A stretch of 64,000 nt of DNA from Paraspadella gotoi (lineage: Eukaryota > Animalia > Chaetognatha), in NCBI GenBank assembly GCA_051294375.1, contig JBJCIZ010000631.1, forward strand, positions 82,665-146,664, read 5' to 3'. The position numbers and the translations under genes were made by a program. Every line of letters starts with the position of its first letter. Position 1 is the stretch's first letter. The notes beneath the pieces were generated by a model, which saw nothing but the letters and a program-made list of their open reading frames with translations, made no database searches and had not been told where the DNA came from. Of this stretch, positions 24,201-37,039 are shown piece after piece.

Positions 24201-27200
24201 ACTTTTTTAGCTTTTTTTACAATAGGAATAGTCGTTTGACGAGTTTTTCCCAAGGTTTTATTTCTTTTTTTATTGAAAAGTCGTTTGCCAAAGTTTTTAA
24301 CGTTTTTATCTCTTTTTACATTGGAAAAGCGTTTTTCTTTGTTTTTAAAGTTTTTATTTCTTTTTATATTGGAAAAGAAGTTTGCTAGTGTTTTTAACGT
24401 TTTTATCTATTTTTACATTGGAAATGTCGTCTGCCGGTGTATTTAACGTTTTTATCAACTTTTTTACATTAGAAAAGTGGTTTATCGAATTTTTTTTATC
24501 TCTTTTTACATTGGAAAAATCGTTTGTCTGGTTTTTTTAAATTTTTATTTCTTTTTATATTGGAACAAAAGTTTGCTAGTGTTTTAACGTTTTTATCTCT
24601 TTTTACATTGGAAATGTCGTCTGCCCGGTGTATTTAACGTTTTTATCTCTTTTTACATTGGAAAAAGCGTTTTTCTTTGTTTTTAAAGTTTTTATCTTTT
24701 GGAATGTCGTCTGCCGGTGTATTTAACGTTTTTATTACTTTTTACATTAGAAAAGTGTTATCGAAATTTTTTTATCTCTTTTACATTGGAAAATCGTTTG
24801 CCGGTTTTTTTTAAAGTTTTATTTCTTTTTATATTGGAAAAGAAGTTTGCTAGTGTTTTTAACGTTTTTATTTCATTTTACATTGAAAAAGTCGTTTGTC
24901 GAGGTTTTTAAACCTTTTTATCTCTTTTTAAATTGAAAAAGTTGTTTGCCAAAGTTTGTAAGGTTTTTTATTTCTTTTTACATTGAAAATATCGTTTGCC
25001 GGTGTTTTTTACGTTTTTATAATCTTTTTACATTGGAAAAGCCTTTTTTTTTTTGTTTCTAAGTTTTTATCTCTTTTTATAATGGAAAAGTCGTTTGTCG
25101 GTATTTTTAACGCATTTATTTCTTTTTACATTGGAAAAAATCGTTTTCTGTTATTTTTAAAGTTTTCATATCTTTTAACAGAGGAAAAGTCGTTTTCTGG
25201 TGTATTTAACGTTTTTATCTATTGAGAGTGAGAGAAAGCTACATAAAATTAAAGAGAAAAGAGAGAGAGAAGGAGACATAAAAATAAAAGAGAGGAAATT
25301 TGTTTGTTTTGATAACGTAAAAAAAATATTTAATAACTGTCCTCACCCAATTTTAACAACCTCGATGATGTTATTTGTAGAAGTTTTAACGTTTTTATTT
25401 CTTTTTTCTTTGAAATTTTCATTTTCCGGTGTTTTCTACGTTTTTTTTGTTTTTAAAGTTTTTATCTCTTTTGAAGAAGTTGTTTTTTGGTGTTTTCAAC
25501 CTTTTTATCCTTTTTTACAATGGAAAGACGTTCTTCGGTGTTTTTAACGTTTTCATCTCTTTTCACATTGGAAAAGTCGTTTTTGATGTTTTTAACGTTT
25601 TCAGCTTTTTTTACATAGGTTTTTCAACGGTTTTATTTATTTTTTTATTGAAAAAGTCGTTTGCCAAAGTTTTTAACGCTCTTATCTCTTTTTACATTGG
25701 AAAAAGCGTTTTTCTTTGTTTTTTAAGTTTTTATCTCTTTGGAAAGGTCGTTTGCTGGTGTTTTTAACGTTATTATCTCTTTTTACATTAGAAAAGTCGT
25801 TTATCGCTTTTTTTTATCTCTTTTTACATTGGATAATCGTTTGCCGGTTTTTTTAAAGTTTTTATTTCTTTTTATATTGGAAAAGAAGTTTGCTAGTGTT
25901 TTTAACATTTTTATCTCTTTTTACATTGGAAATGTCGTCTGCCGGTGTGTTTAACGTTTTTAATCTCTTTTTACATTGGAAAAAGCGTTTGTCGATGTTT
26001 TTAAAGTTTTTATCTCTTTGGAAATGTCGTCTGCCGGTGTATTTAACGTTTTTTTCACTTTTTACATTAGAAAAGTCGTTTATCGGTGTTTTTTATCTCT
26101 TTTTACATTGGAAAAGTCGTTTTCTGGTGTATTTAACGTTTATATCTATTGAGAGTGAGTGAAAGCCACATAAAATTAAAAGAGAAAAGAGAGAGAGAAG
26201 GAGACATAAAATAAAGAGAGGAAATTTGTTTGTTTTGATAAAACGTAAAAAAAAAAATATTTAATAACTGTCCTCACCCAATTTTAACAACCTCGATGAT
26301 GTTATTTGCAGAAGTTTTTAATGTTTTTATTTCTTTTTTTTTTTAATTATCGTTTTCCGGTGTTTTCTACGTTTTATCTCTTTTTACATTGCAAAAAGCG
26401 TTTTTCTTTGTTTTTTAAAGTTTTTATTTCTTTGGAAAAGTCGTTTGCTGGTGTTTTTAACGTTATTATCTCTTTTACATTAGAAAAGTCGTTTATCAGT
26501 TTTTTTTATCTTTTTTTACATTGGAAAAATCGTTTGCCGGTTTTTTAAAGTTTTATTTTTTTATATTGGAAAAGAAGTTTGCTAGTGTTTTTAACATTTT
26601 TATATATTTTTACATTGGAATGTCGTCTGCCGGTGTATTTAACGTTTTTTTTCTTTTTACATTGGAAAAAGCGTTTTTCTTTGTTTTTAAAGTTTTTATC
26701 TGTTTGGAAATGTCGTCTGCCGGTGTATTTAACGTTTTTATCACTTTTTACATTAGAAAAGTCGTTTATCGGTGTTTTTTATCTCTTTTTACATTGGAAA
26801 AATCGTTTGCCGGTTTTTTTAAAGTTTTTATTTCTTTTTATATTGGAAAAGAAGTTTACTAGTGTTTTTAACGTTTTTATCTTTTTTTACATTGGAAATG
26901 TCGTCTGCCGGTGTATTTAACGTTTTTATATCTTTTTTACATTGGAAAAAGCGTTTTTCTTTGTTTTTAAAGTTTTTATCTGTTTGGAAATGTCGTCTGC
27001 CGGTGTATTTAACGTTTTTATCTCTTTTTAAATTAGAAAAGTCGTTTGTCGATGTTTTTAACCTTTTTATTTCTTTTTATATTGAAAAAGTTGTTTTCCG
27101 AAGTTTTTAAGGTTTTATTTCTTTTTACATTGAAAATATCGTTTGCCGGTTTTCTACGTTTTTATCTCTTTTTACATTGGAAAAAGCGTTTTTCTTTGTT

Positions 27201-30200
27201 TTTAAAGTTTTTATCTTTTTTATATTGGAAAAAACGTTTGTCGGTGTTTTTAACGCATTTATTTTTTTTTACATTGGAACAAATGTTTTCATGTTATTTT
27301 TAAAAGTTTTCATATCTTTTTACAGAGGAAAAGTCGTTTTCTGGTGTTTTTAACGTTTTTATCTATTGAGAGTGAGAGAAAGCTACATAAAATTAAAAAA
27401 GAAAAGAGAGAGAGAAGGAGACATAAAAATAAAAGAGAGGAAATTTGTTTGTTTTGATAAAACGTAAAAAAAACATATTTAATAACTGTCCTCACCNNNN
27501 NNNNNNNNNNNNNNNNNNNNNACATTTGGGGAAAAAGCGTTTTTTCTTTGTTTTTAAAAGTTGTTATCTCTTTGGAAATGTCGTCTGCCGGTGTTTTAAC
27601 GTTTATTACTTTTTACTTTAGAAAAGTCGGTTTATCGCTGTTTTTTAACTTTTTACATTGGAAAAATCGTTTGCCGTTTTTTTAAAGTTTTATTTCTTTT
27701 TACTTGAAAAAATCGTTTTTTTGTTATTTTTAAAGTTTTCATATCTTTTTACAGAGAAAAAGTCGTTTTCTGGTGTATTTAACGTTTTTTATCATTCGAG
27801 AGTGAGAGAAAGCCTACATAAAACTAAAGAGAAAAGAAGAGAGAGAAGGAGACATAAAAAAAAGAGAGGAAATTTGTTTGTTTTGCTATAAAAAGATATT
27901 TATACTGCTCCTCACCCCAATTTAACAACCTCGATGATGTTATTTGAGAGAGTATTAACGTTTTTATTTTTTTTTCTTGAAAATATCGTTTTCGGTGTTT
28001 TAGAAATTTTTTATCTCTTTTTACATTGAAAAAGCGTTTTTCTTTGTTTTTAAAGTTGTTATCTCTTTTGCGAAATATCGTCCTCTGCCCTTTCTCCCCG
28101 GGTAATTACGTTTCTTGACACTTTTTACTTTACGAAAAACGATCGATTTATTCATGTGATTTTTATAAACTACTTGGTTTACATTGTGAAAAATTCGTGT
28201 GTCCTGTATTCTTTCTAATTTTGTACCTTTCTATTAATTTACAATGTGGAAGAAAAAGTGCTGTTATGTTCTGTTATTGTTAAGAAAGTTTTCATATACT
28301 TTATGACAGAGAAAAAGTCGGAGGGTTTGGTCTAAAGAGTGTATTTAACGTTTTATCTCCTATTGAGAAGTGAGGAGAAAGCTACATAAATAAGAAGAGA
28401 AAAAGAGAGAAGAGAAGGAGAACATAAATTAAAAGAGAGGAAATTTGTTTTGTTTTGATAAAAGATATTTAATAACTGTCCCTCACCCAATTTAACAACC
28501 TCGATGATGTATTTTGCGGAGAGTATTTAACGTTTTTTATTTGTTTTTTTCTTTAGAAAATTCGGTTTCCGGTGTTTTAGAAAATTTTTTACTCTTTTTA
28601 CAATTGGAAAAAGCGTTTTTTCTTTGTTTTTAAAGTTGTGTTTATCTCTTTGGAAATATCGTCTGGCCGGTGTATTTAACGTTTTTAATATCACTTTTTA
28701 CTTTAGAAAAGTCGTTTATCGGTGTTTTTTAACTCTTTTACATTGGAAAAAGTTTGCCGCTTTTTTTTAAAGTTTTTATTTCTTATTTACATTGGAAAAA
28801 TCTCTTTTCTGTTATTTTTAAAGTTTTTCATATCTTTTTAGCAGAGAAAAGGTCTGTTTTCTGGTGTATTTAACTGTTTTTATCTTATTGAGAGTGAGAG
28901 AAAGCTACATAAATATTAAAAAGAGAAAGAATGGAGAGAGAATGGAGACTCATTATTAAATAAAGTAGAGGACATTTGTTGTTTTGATTAAAATAATAAA
29001 TTGCCCCTCTCCCAAATAACTGGTCCTCACTCCCAGTGGAAATTTTAATCAATGCCTCGATTGACTGTTTATTTGCTAGAAGTATTTAAACGTTTCTTTA
29101 TTCTTCTTTTTCATTTTTAAAAAAATATCGTCCATGCTCGCCTCACCTGCCGTCTCTCTCTCTCACACACACAAATCTGATGACAAATGGTTTACTGGTG
29201 GAAGTAGAGGCAGGAAAATTATTCTATCTGCCCGCTTGAATATGAAAGATGAGTTTTGTCATAATCTATTCTATTTAAAAACCCTTATAGACTCTGTGAA
29301 TATTTTTTTAAAAATTTTCAGATTCCTTTTAATTATTCTTTATATCATATGAAATAATATTATAAATAAAATTATTTCGCTCCGGCTCTTTGTGCTAAAG
29401 ATAATTTATGACCTACCATAAAAGTTTGTGATATCTTTGATAATCAATTTTGGTTCAGACAAATCTCGTACAATCTGGTGTAATACCAAGTCAGTTTATC
29501 CTACTGGTTATAATTCTTTGTTTTGGATATGCCAAGCGGATTTTTAGAGGAAGAGAGTTGGAGGAGAGTGAAGTCATCTTGATCTCCGCGGAAAGTACTT
29601 TGCGGTATACAGAATTTTTCTGTCTCGTCTGTCGTGCTGTCGGGTTTTCTCTCTCGCATGGTATTTAACGTGTCTGTTTAGTTCACTTTTTTACTTTAGA
29701 ACAAGTCGGGTTCGCCGATTTTATACAGAAGGATGGTGATAAAATTTTATAATCTAGTTCGAGTTACATTGAGTGATAGAAAAAAAGACGAAATATCTGG
29801 GAAAACGAAAAAATTAATGCCATTTATTATCCTAATTATTTAGAGAGAGAAAGAGTTTAGTTCTTGTCTTGGGAAGGAAAGATCGTTTCTGTTATTAATT
29901 AATGTTTCATATCTTTTTTACAGAAGAAAAAGTAAATGGTCGTTTTCTGGAGTGCCGATATTTAATGATTTAATCTCGTCTCTCTTTTATCGAATCACCG
30001 TTGAGCCGCTCGAAGAGGAAAGTCTTACATAAAATTAAAGAGAAAGAGATTGGAGGAGAAGGATGAGCGATGAGAAGATAAAAGAGGAGAAATGTTGGTG
30101 TATGTTGGGAAAAAGATATTGATAACCTCAATACGTGTGCCTCACCCAATGTTTAAACAACCTCGATATGTTATTTGCAGAAGTATTTAACTTTTATTTC

Positions 30201-32420
30201 TTTTTTTCTTTGAAATTTGCGTTTTCCGGGTGGAGAGAGAGAGATTGGGAAAGGATGGATTTTCAATTGGCTGATTTTTAGGAATCAGCGCCTTTCTATC
30301 CTTTTAATTATATAGTTAATTTCTATCCTTTTTTAATACTCCTTAAAAATTTTAAGCCAAACAGATTCCTATTCCTTATGATACACTTAATCTTCTTTTA
30401 ATCTCTCTCTGACATTTAGAACAAGCTTTTTTTCTTTGTTTATAAAGTTAGTCATCTCTTTTTCGGAAATATCGTCTGCCGCCCTAGATCCCTACTTAAC
30501 GAACTAAAGTCAATCTCCCAAACTCTAAGCTATGATTCCTGTATTTTAATCGTTTTTTATCACTTTATTATACACTCTTTCTAAAATATCCCAAAACCTT
30601 ATCGGTTAATCCTCTACAACCCTTTTAATCCGAGAGAGTGCGCGTGAGCGTTAAATTTTTCTCTCATGGAATAAAAAACGTTTGCTCCCGGATAATTTTT
30701 AAAATTTATTTCTTTTTACATTGGAAAAAAATCGTTTTCTGTTATTTTTAAAGTTTTCATATCTTTTTACAGAGGAAAAGTCGTTTTCTGGTGTTTTAAC
30801 GTTTTTATCTTTTGAGAGTGAGAGAAAGCTACATAAAATTAAAGAGAAAAGAAGAGAGAAGGAGACATAAAAATAAAAGAGAGGAAATTTTGTTTGTTTG
30901 ATACGTAAAAAATAAATAACTGTGTCCTCACGCCAATTTTAACAACCTCGATGATGTTTGTTTGCAGAAGTTTCAACGTTTTTATTTCTTTTTCTTTGAA
31001 AATATTTCGTTTTCCGGTGTTTTACGTTTTTTTTTGTTAAAGTATTATTCCTTTTGAGAATTTTTTGTGTTCACCTATTCTTTTACATGGAAAATAGTAC
31101 GTTTTCTTCTGTTTTGATAACGTTTTCATCTTTCACATGTGGAAAAGTTCGATCTCCTTTTTTTTAACGTTTTTGACTTTTACTAGGTTTTTAACGTTTT
31201 ATTTTATTGAAAAGTCGTTTATGCCCGAAGTTTTTCGTCTTAATCTCTTTACATTGCGAAAAACGTTTTTCCTGTTTTTTTTTGTTAAAGTTTTATTTCT
31301 TGTTTTACTTTGTGGAAAAATCGTTTTCTGTTATATTTAAAGTTGTTCAGTATTCTTTTATACAGAGGGAAAAAGTCGTTTTCTGGTGTATTAACGTTTT
31401 TTACTGTTTGAAGAGTGAGAGAAAGCGTAGCATGAGAATTAAAGAGGAAAGATAGAGAAGACGCAGAGACATTAAAATAAAGCAGAGAAAATTTGTTGGT
31501 TTGTTTTTTGATAAAAAGATGATTTAATTAACTGTCTCGTCCACCCAATTATTAACAACCTCGATGATGTTATTTGCAGAGAGCTATTTAACGTTTTTAT
31601 TTTCTTTTTCTTTGAAAATATCGTTTTCCTGGGGGGTGTTTTAGAAGGATTTTGTATGCTCTTGGTTACATTGGGAAAAAGCGTTTTTCTTTGTTTTTTT
31701 AATATTGTGTATCTCTTTGGAAGCAATGTCGCTTCGTGCCGTGGAGTTTGGGTGTTAGAGCGTTTTAGTTACTTGATCTTTTACTTTAGAAAAGTCGGTT
31801 GTAATCCCGCAGTATACTACAGTCTTTTTACATTTTTCGACACAAAATCCGTTAAATGCCCGTTAATTTTTTAAATCCTCCTAGTTGTGTGATTTCTAAT
31901 TCCCGGTGTTTAACTGTGAGTGAGAGCACGGAGAGTGGTTATCTGTGTTATTTTTAAAGTTTTCATATCTTTTTACCAGAGCGAAAAAGTCGTTTTCTGG
32001 TGTTCTTAACGTTTATATCTATTGAGAGTGAGACGGAGAGCTAGCATGAAGAGATTAAAAAGAGAAGAGAGCAGAGAGAAGGAGACATAAAAATATGAAA
32101 GAGAGAAATTTGTATTGGTTTTTGCATCAAAGCGTAAAAAAAAATATTTAATAACTGTCTCACCCAATTCTTAACAACCTCGGATGATGTGTACTGTTGC
32201 AGACGAAAACAGATTTAACGTTTTTTATTTCTTTTTCTTTAAAAATATCGGTTTTCGGGTCTCGACGAACATATAGAGAGGACTCCGAGGCCCGCGGAAG
32301 CTGACAGGATTGAAGGAAGCTGACAAAAGCTTGACAAGGTGACAAGGTCAATTTTAACAACCTCGATGTTGTTATTTGCAGAAGTTTTCAACGTTTGTAT
32401 TTCTTTTTTCTTTGAAATTA
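21257..32420 (+). repeat. Satellite array 1b (same family; increasingly noisy after ~28 kb)
   Basis: Same monomer. Spacer at ~21257, 22589, 23525, 23762, 25222, 26150, 27366, 27797, 28364, 28890, 30010, 30812, 31410 and 32022. Contains a 25-N gap at 27497-27521. Confidence 0.93.
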
Positions 32421-32491
32421 CATATTACATTAAATCACATTACACTAAAATAGCTATGTACCTCACTTGATTTGTTATATTTTGTTATTTT

Positions 32492-32932
32492 TCAACGCTC
32501 TACCACATATGCTGCTGCAAAGGGCTGGTTGTCCGCCCCTGCACAGGCCGCCCAATAGACGGCTCCTGATGTTTTCGGTCTGGGGATTTTGTCTTTCGGT
32601 TTCACCAATTGCTCACGTAGGGACCCGCGGGCCGTCACTGAGGTGGAGATCCCCTGCTTTGCTAGCACCCGCACCAATGACTCAGTGATCCCCTGGTGGT
32701 AGGGGAGGGACAAGTGGCCCACGTTCCTGGGTCGCTTCTGCTTATCTTCCAATTGCGCTGTGGTGGGCGCGGTAGGCGCTTCAGCAGTAAGCTCCCCTCC
32801 ATCCTCCTGGGGGACAGAGGATGGGACAGCGTCAGCGGTTACTTTGGTAGCCCCCTGCTGGCCGCTACTCTCAGCCGGTTTCTGCCGATACCTTGCCTTC
32901 TCGAAAGCCCACAGAGGGTAATTATTGAGCAC
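32492..32932 (-). pseudogene. Penelope-like element ORF fragment: RT thumb/linker and start of GIY-YIG endonuclease
   Basis: The translation shows LNNYP ... LPYHQGITESLVRVL ... SLREQLVKPKDKIP ... SGAVYWAAC...AAAYV(V)E. This matches the N(G)YP, LPY, L..PKD and GVVY...C..C...YVGE motifs of Penelope/Poseidon-type PLEs. It is truncated at both ends and forms a GC-rich island in AT-rich DNA. Confidence 0.85.
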
Positions 32933-32961
32933 AAAATCTGTTCAATTTTCAAAACTGTAAA

Positions 32962-33005
32962 AGCGCTGATGAAGGCTCGAATTTGTGAGCCGAAACATGT
33001 CTGCT
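32962..33005 (+). ncRNA. Minimal type I hammerhead ribozyme (PLE pseudo-LTR type)
   Basis: agcg-CTGATGA-a-GGCTC-gaatttgt-GAGCC-GAAAC-at-GTC-tgct. It has an intact core, 5-bp stem II, palindromic ACATGT stem III, GUC cleavage triplet (32999-33001) and 4-bp stem I agcg/tgct. AATAAA follows at 33014-33019. Confidence 0.85.
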
Positions 33006-33654
33006 ATGTTACAAATAAAATCGTTGTACAAATTAAATTAAAAACTTTGTTATAGATAAAAAGAAAATATTCTTTTGTAGTTCTAGTATCATAATTCATT
33101 TGCATATTTTGTACTATTCCCAGATAAAAAAATATTTACTAATATGTCTGAAATATTGCTCTTTTTCTGTAGATAATGAATATCTATTGTTAAAGCTCAT
33201 TATGTATATTCGTAAGGTAACCAAGGCTCTTAATAAATACATTTTTTGTAAGCATTTTTATGGATTTTTTGTCAGATTTCTTCTTTTAGGGAATTCTGGC
33301 GTTAAGCGTCCGAGATAAAAATTAGCGAATAAAAAAGTTGTTATTTTACTCACTGAATAAAAATACTTAAAATACTTAAAAAATACGTAAAATTGATAAA
33401 ATTATTATTCCGATAACATTGTTCAATCACATGCAATATATCCAATACCTTTTTTTTCATTGAAATCGATAGATATTAGCTAAAAATATTAGAATTAATT
33501 TTTCTTTTTGATATAATAAGAGAACCGAACTTCCTTCGCTTGATGTCGTCAGGTTACTAGTAAATATGCGTTTGAAGATTTTAAAATTGAAATACGTAGA
33601 CGCGCATAGACGCGATATGCCTTGAAAGCAAGTTGTTCCGTTACTTCCGTTACA

Positions 33655-34300
33655 TTTTTAGTCGGATCTGCTTATCAGCAGATCCCGACTCTATAATTCA
33701 CTTTGTCGGTCAGTCGCTCCGCCCCCTCAATATTGTCGGGCACACACTTATATCATGTCAGAACACCGACTTATGATAAATTTTGCAAAAAAAATGTCTG
33801 TCCGTCCGTCTGTCCGTCCGTCTGTCCGTCCCACCTTAGCAAAAAAACACCAATTACTCGTGATTGGATGGATGGATTTGAATAAAATTTTGTGTGTGGG
33901 TAGGGAAGTGTGTGATTAAGCTGGATATGAAGTTTTGATGGAATCGTCCAAGTGGAAATGAGTTTAAATGGAAAAAACAAAAAAATATATTTCAATATTT
34001 GAACACCAATTGCTCATGAGTGGATGGGGCAATTGATCTGGAATTTTGTATGTGGGTAGGAAAGTGTGTGATTGAGCCGGAAATCAAGTTTCGATGGAAT
34101 CGTTTGAGTGGAAATGAATTTAAATGAAAAAAAAACAAAAAACCTGTTTCACTAATTGATTATGCTTCTTTTTCCTTTTATATTAAATGTAAATGCAAGA
34201 TGAATTAAAAAATCAAGTAATTACTCAGTTAATTATTCAATTAGTCAATAAATTAATCAATAATTAATTAATCAGTCAATCAAATCAATTTTGACAAAAA
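33655..34300 (+). mobile_element. Helentron-associated (HINE/DINE-1-like) non-autonomous element, family A, 5' part
   Basis: A T-tract is followed by the hairpin agtcggatctgct-tatc-agcagatcccgact (33660-33690), a GTCC/GTCT microsatellite (~33796-33831) and two ~155-bp central tandem repeats (~33848 and ~34003, each starting acaccaatt). This is DINE-1/HINE architecture. Confidence 0.75.
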
Positions 34301-34994
34301 ATTAAATAAAAATTTCAAAATAAATTAATTTAAAAAAATTCTTTTCGTCAATATTTATGATAATAAGAATCAACATTGAGTAGTTATAGACAGAATATAT
34401 CAAAATGTATTAGTCCCAATTATTACAAATGTAAATATAAAATTTAGCTGTGCCTACGAGTCCTCGCAGAAAAAAATTATCACAATTTTTTTTAATGTCA
34501 TAATGCTATCATAAAATAATTTTAATGCATCATGTGAGGTATCTTATGAAATATAACGATGTCTGCTACATGACAGCACGTGAAAAAAAAATTTCTTAAT
34601 AAAAATAAAAAATCACCAGACTACGCTACCCTATTGCCCTTCTTGTGGGCGGTTGACCCTCATGGAGACAGTACCTTAGGTCTCCGAGTACCAAACAACT
34701 AAAAGATTATGAATCAAATATGGCGACAAGTGAAGTAAAAATGATCATAAGTAGCATCAACGGAATGGACCTATAAACGGACTTGGTTGGCCTAGTGATG
34801 TGATTGCTCGTCTCCTTCACGAATCATCAGAATGCCGACGAATCACAGACCTTACTTCAACCTTAGAATGACCAATGACCGACAGAGGAACCGACGGAGG
34901 GATTGATGGTCAAAATTGCTAAGAGAACTCTAGGCATTCACCTCTACACCCAAACTCAAGAAAGAACACTTCTTCAAATAATTATTGAACTGTT

Positions 34995-35370
34995 TAATAT
35001 TGTCATCACCTTTGTCTTAACCTTTGTCATCGTGTCATCGTTACCTATGTCATCACCCTAATCATTATCCGTCCTTAATAAACTATTGTCAACCAAATAC
35101 TTTGCCACTTATCATTTACCCTCGTTATTTGACTAAACGTCAACGGTAGGGTGGGAAGCAAATTAAGCGTGATCTGTCTCTGCGTCATAAATAACTGATG
35201 ACTTTAAACCAGGTAAATACAAATTACTGATCACTAGATCTGAAATCGTGTTAGATGAAAGATCACTGAAACGTGAATTCGATTCCATATGTGACAAATC
35301 AGTGAATCGTAAATTCAATTTGATGACAGATCACCGAGTGATAAATCCGATTCGCTGACATATCACCAGT
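34995..35370. repeat. Degenerate short tandem repeats
   Basis: tgtcatcacc-like units at ~35000-35110, and ~32-36-bp gatcac...attcg...tgaca units at ~35228-35370. Confidence 0.55.
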
Positions 35371-35836
35371 TAGAGCGACGGTGAAGGTTGGGGTGAGACG
35401 AAGATCATCGGCGCCTCGACGTCCATCAACCAGAAAAAAAATGAGGAAAGAAAAAGGGAGGAGAGAAGAGGAGGAAGGTTGAAAAAAGAGAAGTGAAAGA
35501 AAAATTGCAATTAAAAGAATTCATTGAGTTTAAGGAAGCATCAACAAAATACAAATAAAAGAGAAATTGGGGAAAAAACCTCGTTTTTTAATTGAATGAA
35601 AGGATAGTTTTGCATTGGTGATACCAACTTTACATCTGATATGCAAAATAAACGTTAAAAACCGGAAAAACTGAAAATATTACCATTTTTAACGTTCCCT
35701 ATTAGTTATAAACATTTTTTCGACGAGGCGTCGTTTTAAAAAAGAAGAAAAAGCTCCCCACCCGTCTTTTCTTTTTTTATGTTCTAACGAGTGTTCTTGT
35801 GTTTTTGCTTTCTTGGTCGTTGTCTGCCTCTCAAAT

Positions 35837-36579
<743 letters not shown>

Positions 36580-37039
36580 TCTTCCGGCCGTTGATTTCAA
36601 ACAGAAATGAAGGATGAATAACAAATTCTCGTCAAAACCAACCACCCGATATTTCTCGCAATGTCATTAAATCGTCGTAATTTGAATTCTACATCTCTAT
36701 TTGTTTTCTAAATCTTCGTAAGTTAGAATTTTAGTTTGTGACACCAAAGGCTAATTCGCTTTTTTTCGCAAATTTATACCCATATTTATAATATCTAGGA
36801 AAAAAAAAGTATATGACATTTTTAATAAAGGATATCAACTCGAAAACTTTTTTGATCTTAAAAAAATTAGAATGTTTTCAAATCTACATTAAATTTCCTT
36901 TCAGTAGCTTCCTTTCTATTTTTTGTAAGTCAAATCGTTTAGAAGTTAGAGGCAAAAAAATATTGGAAAAAATCATATTTAGTTTTCCACCAGTTTTGGT
37001 ATTTAGTTATTTGTTTTTATTTCGAATAGAGTTAGTTAT

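Noticed and set aside
28080-32345. Apparently novel inserts within the satellite (e.g. 29130-29600, 30230-30660, 32265-32345)
   Set aside because: They lie in insertion-rich, low-quality sequence where satellite motifs remain recognisable between junk bases. They are most likely uncorrected long-read noise, and the same holds for 48600-50081.
8259-32420. Numerous F/L/K-rich 60-170-aa ORFs as membrane proteins
   Set aside because: They are translations of the T-rich satellite in overlapping frames, with the same peptides recurring. The same applies to 54735-64000.
34805-34835. Possible hammerhead on the minus strand (CTGATGA-ttcgt..acgag)
   Set aside because: There is no GAAA after the putative stem II. 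The same problem applies to ctgatga at ~35195.
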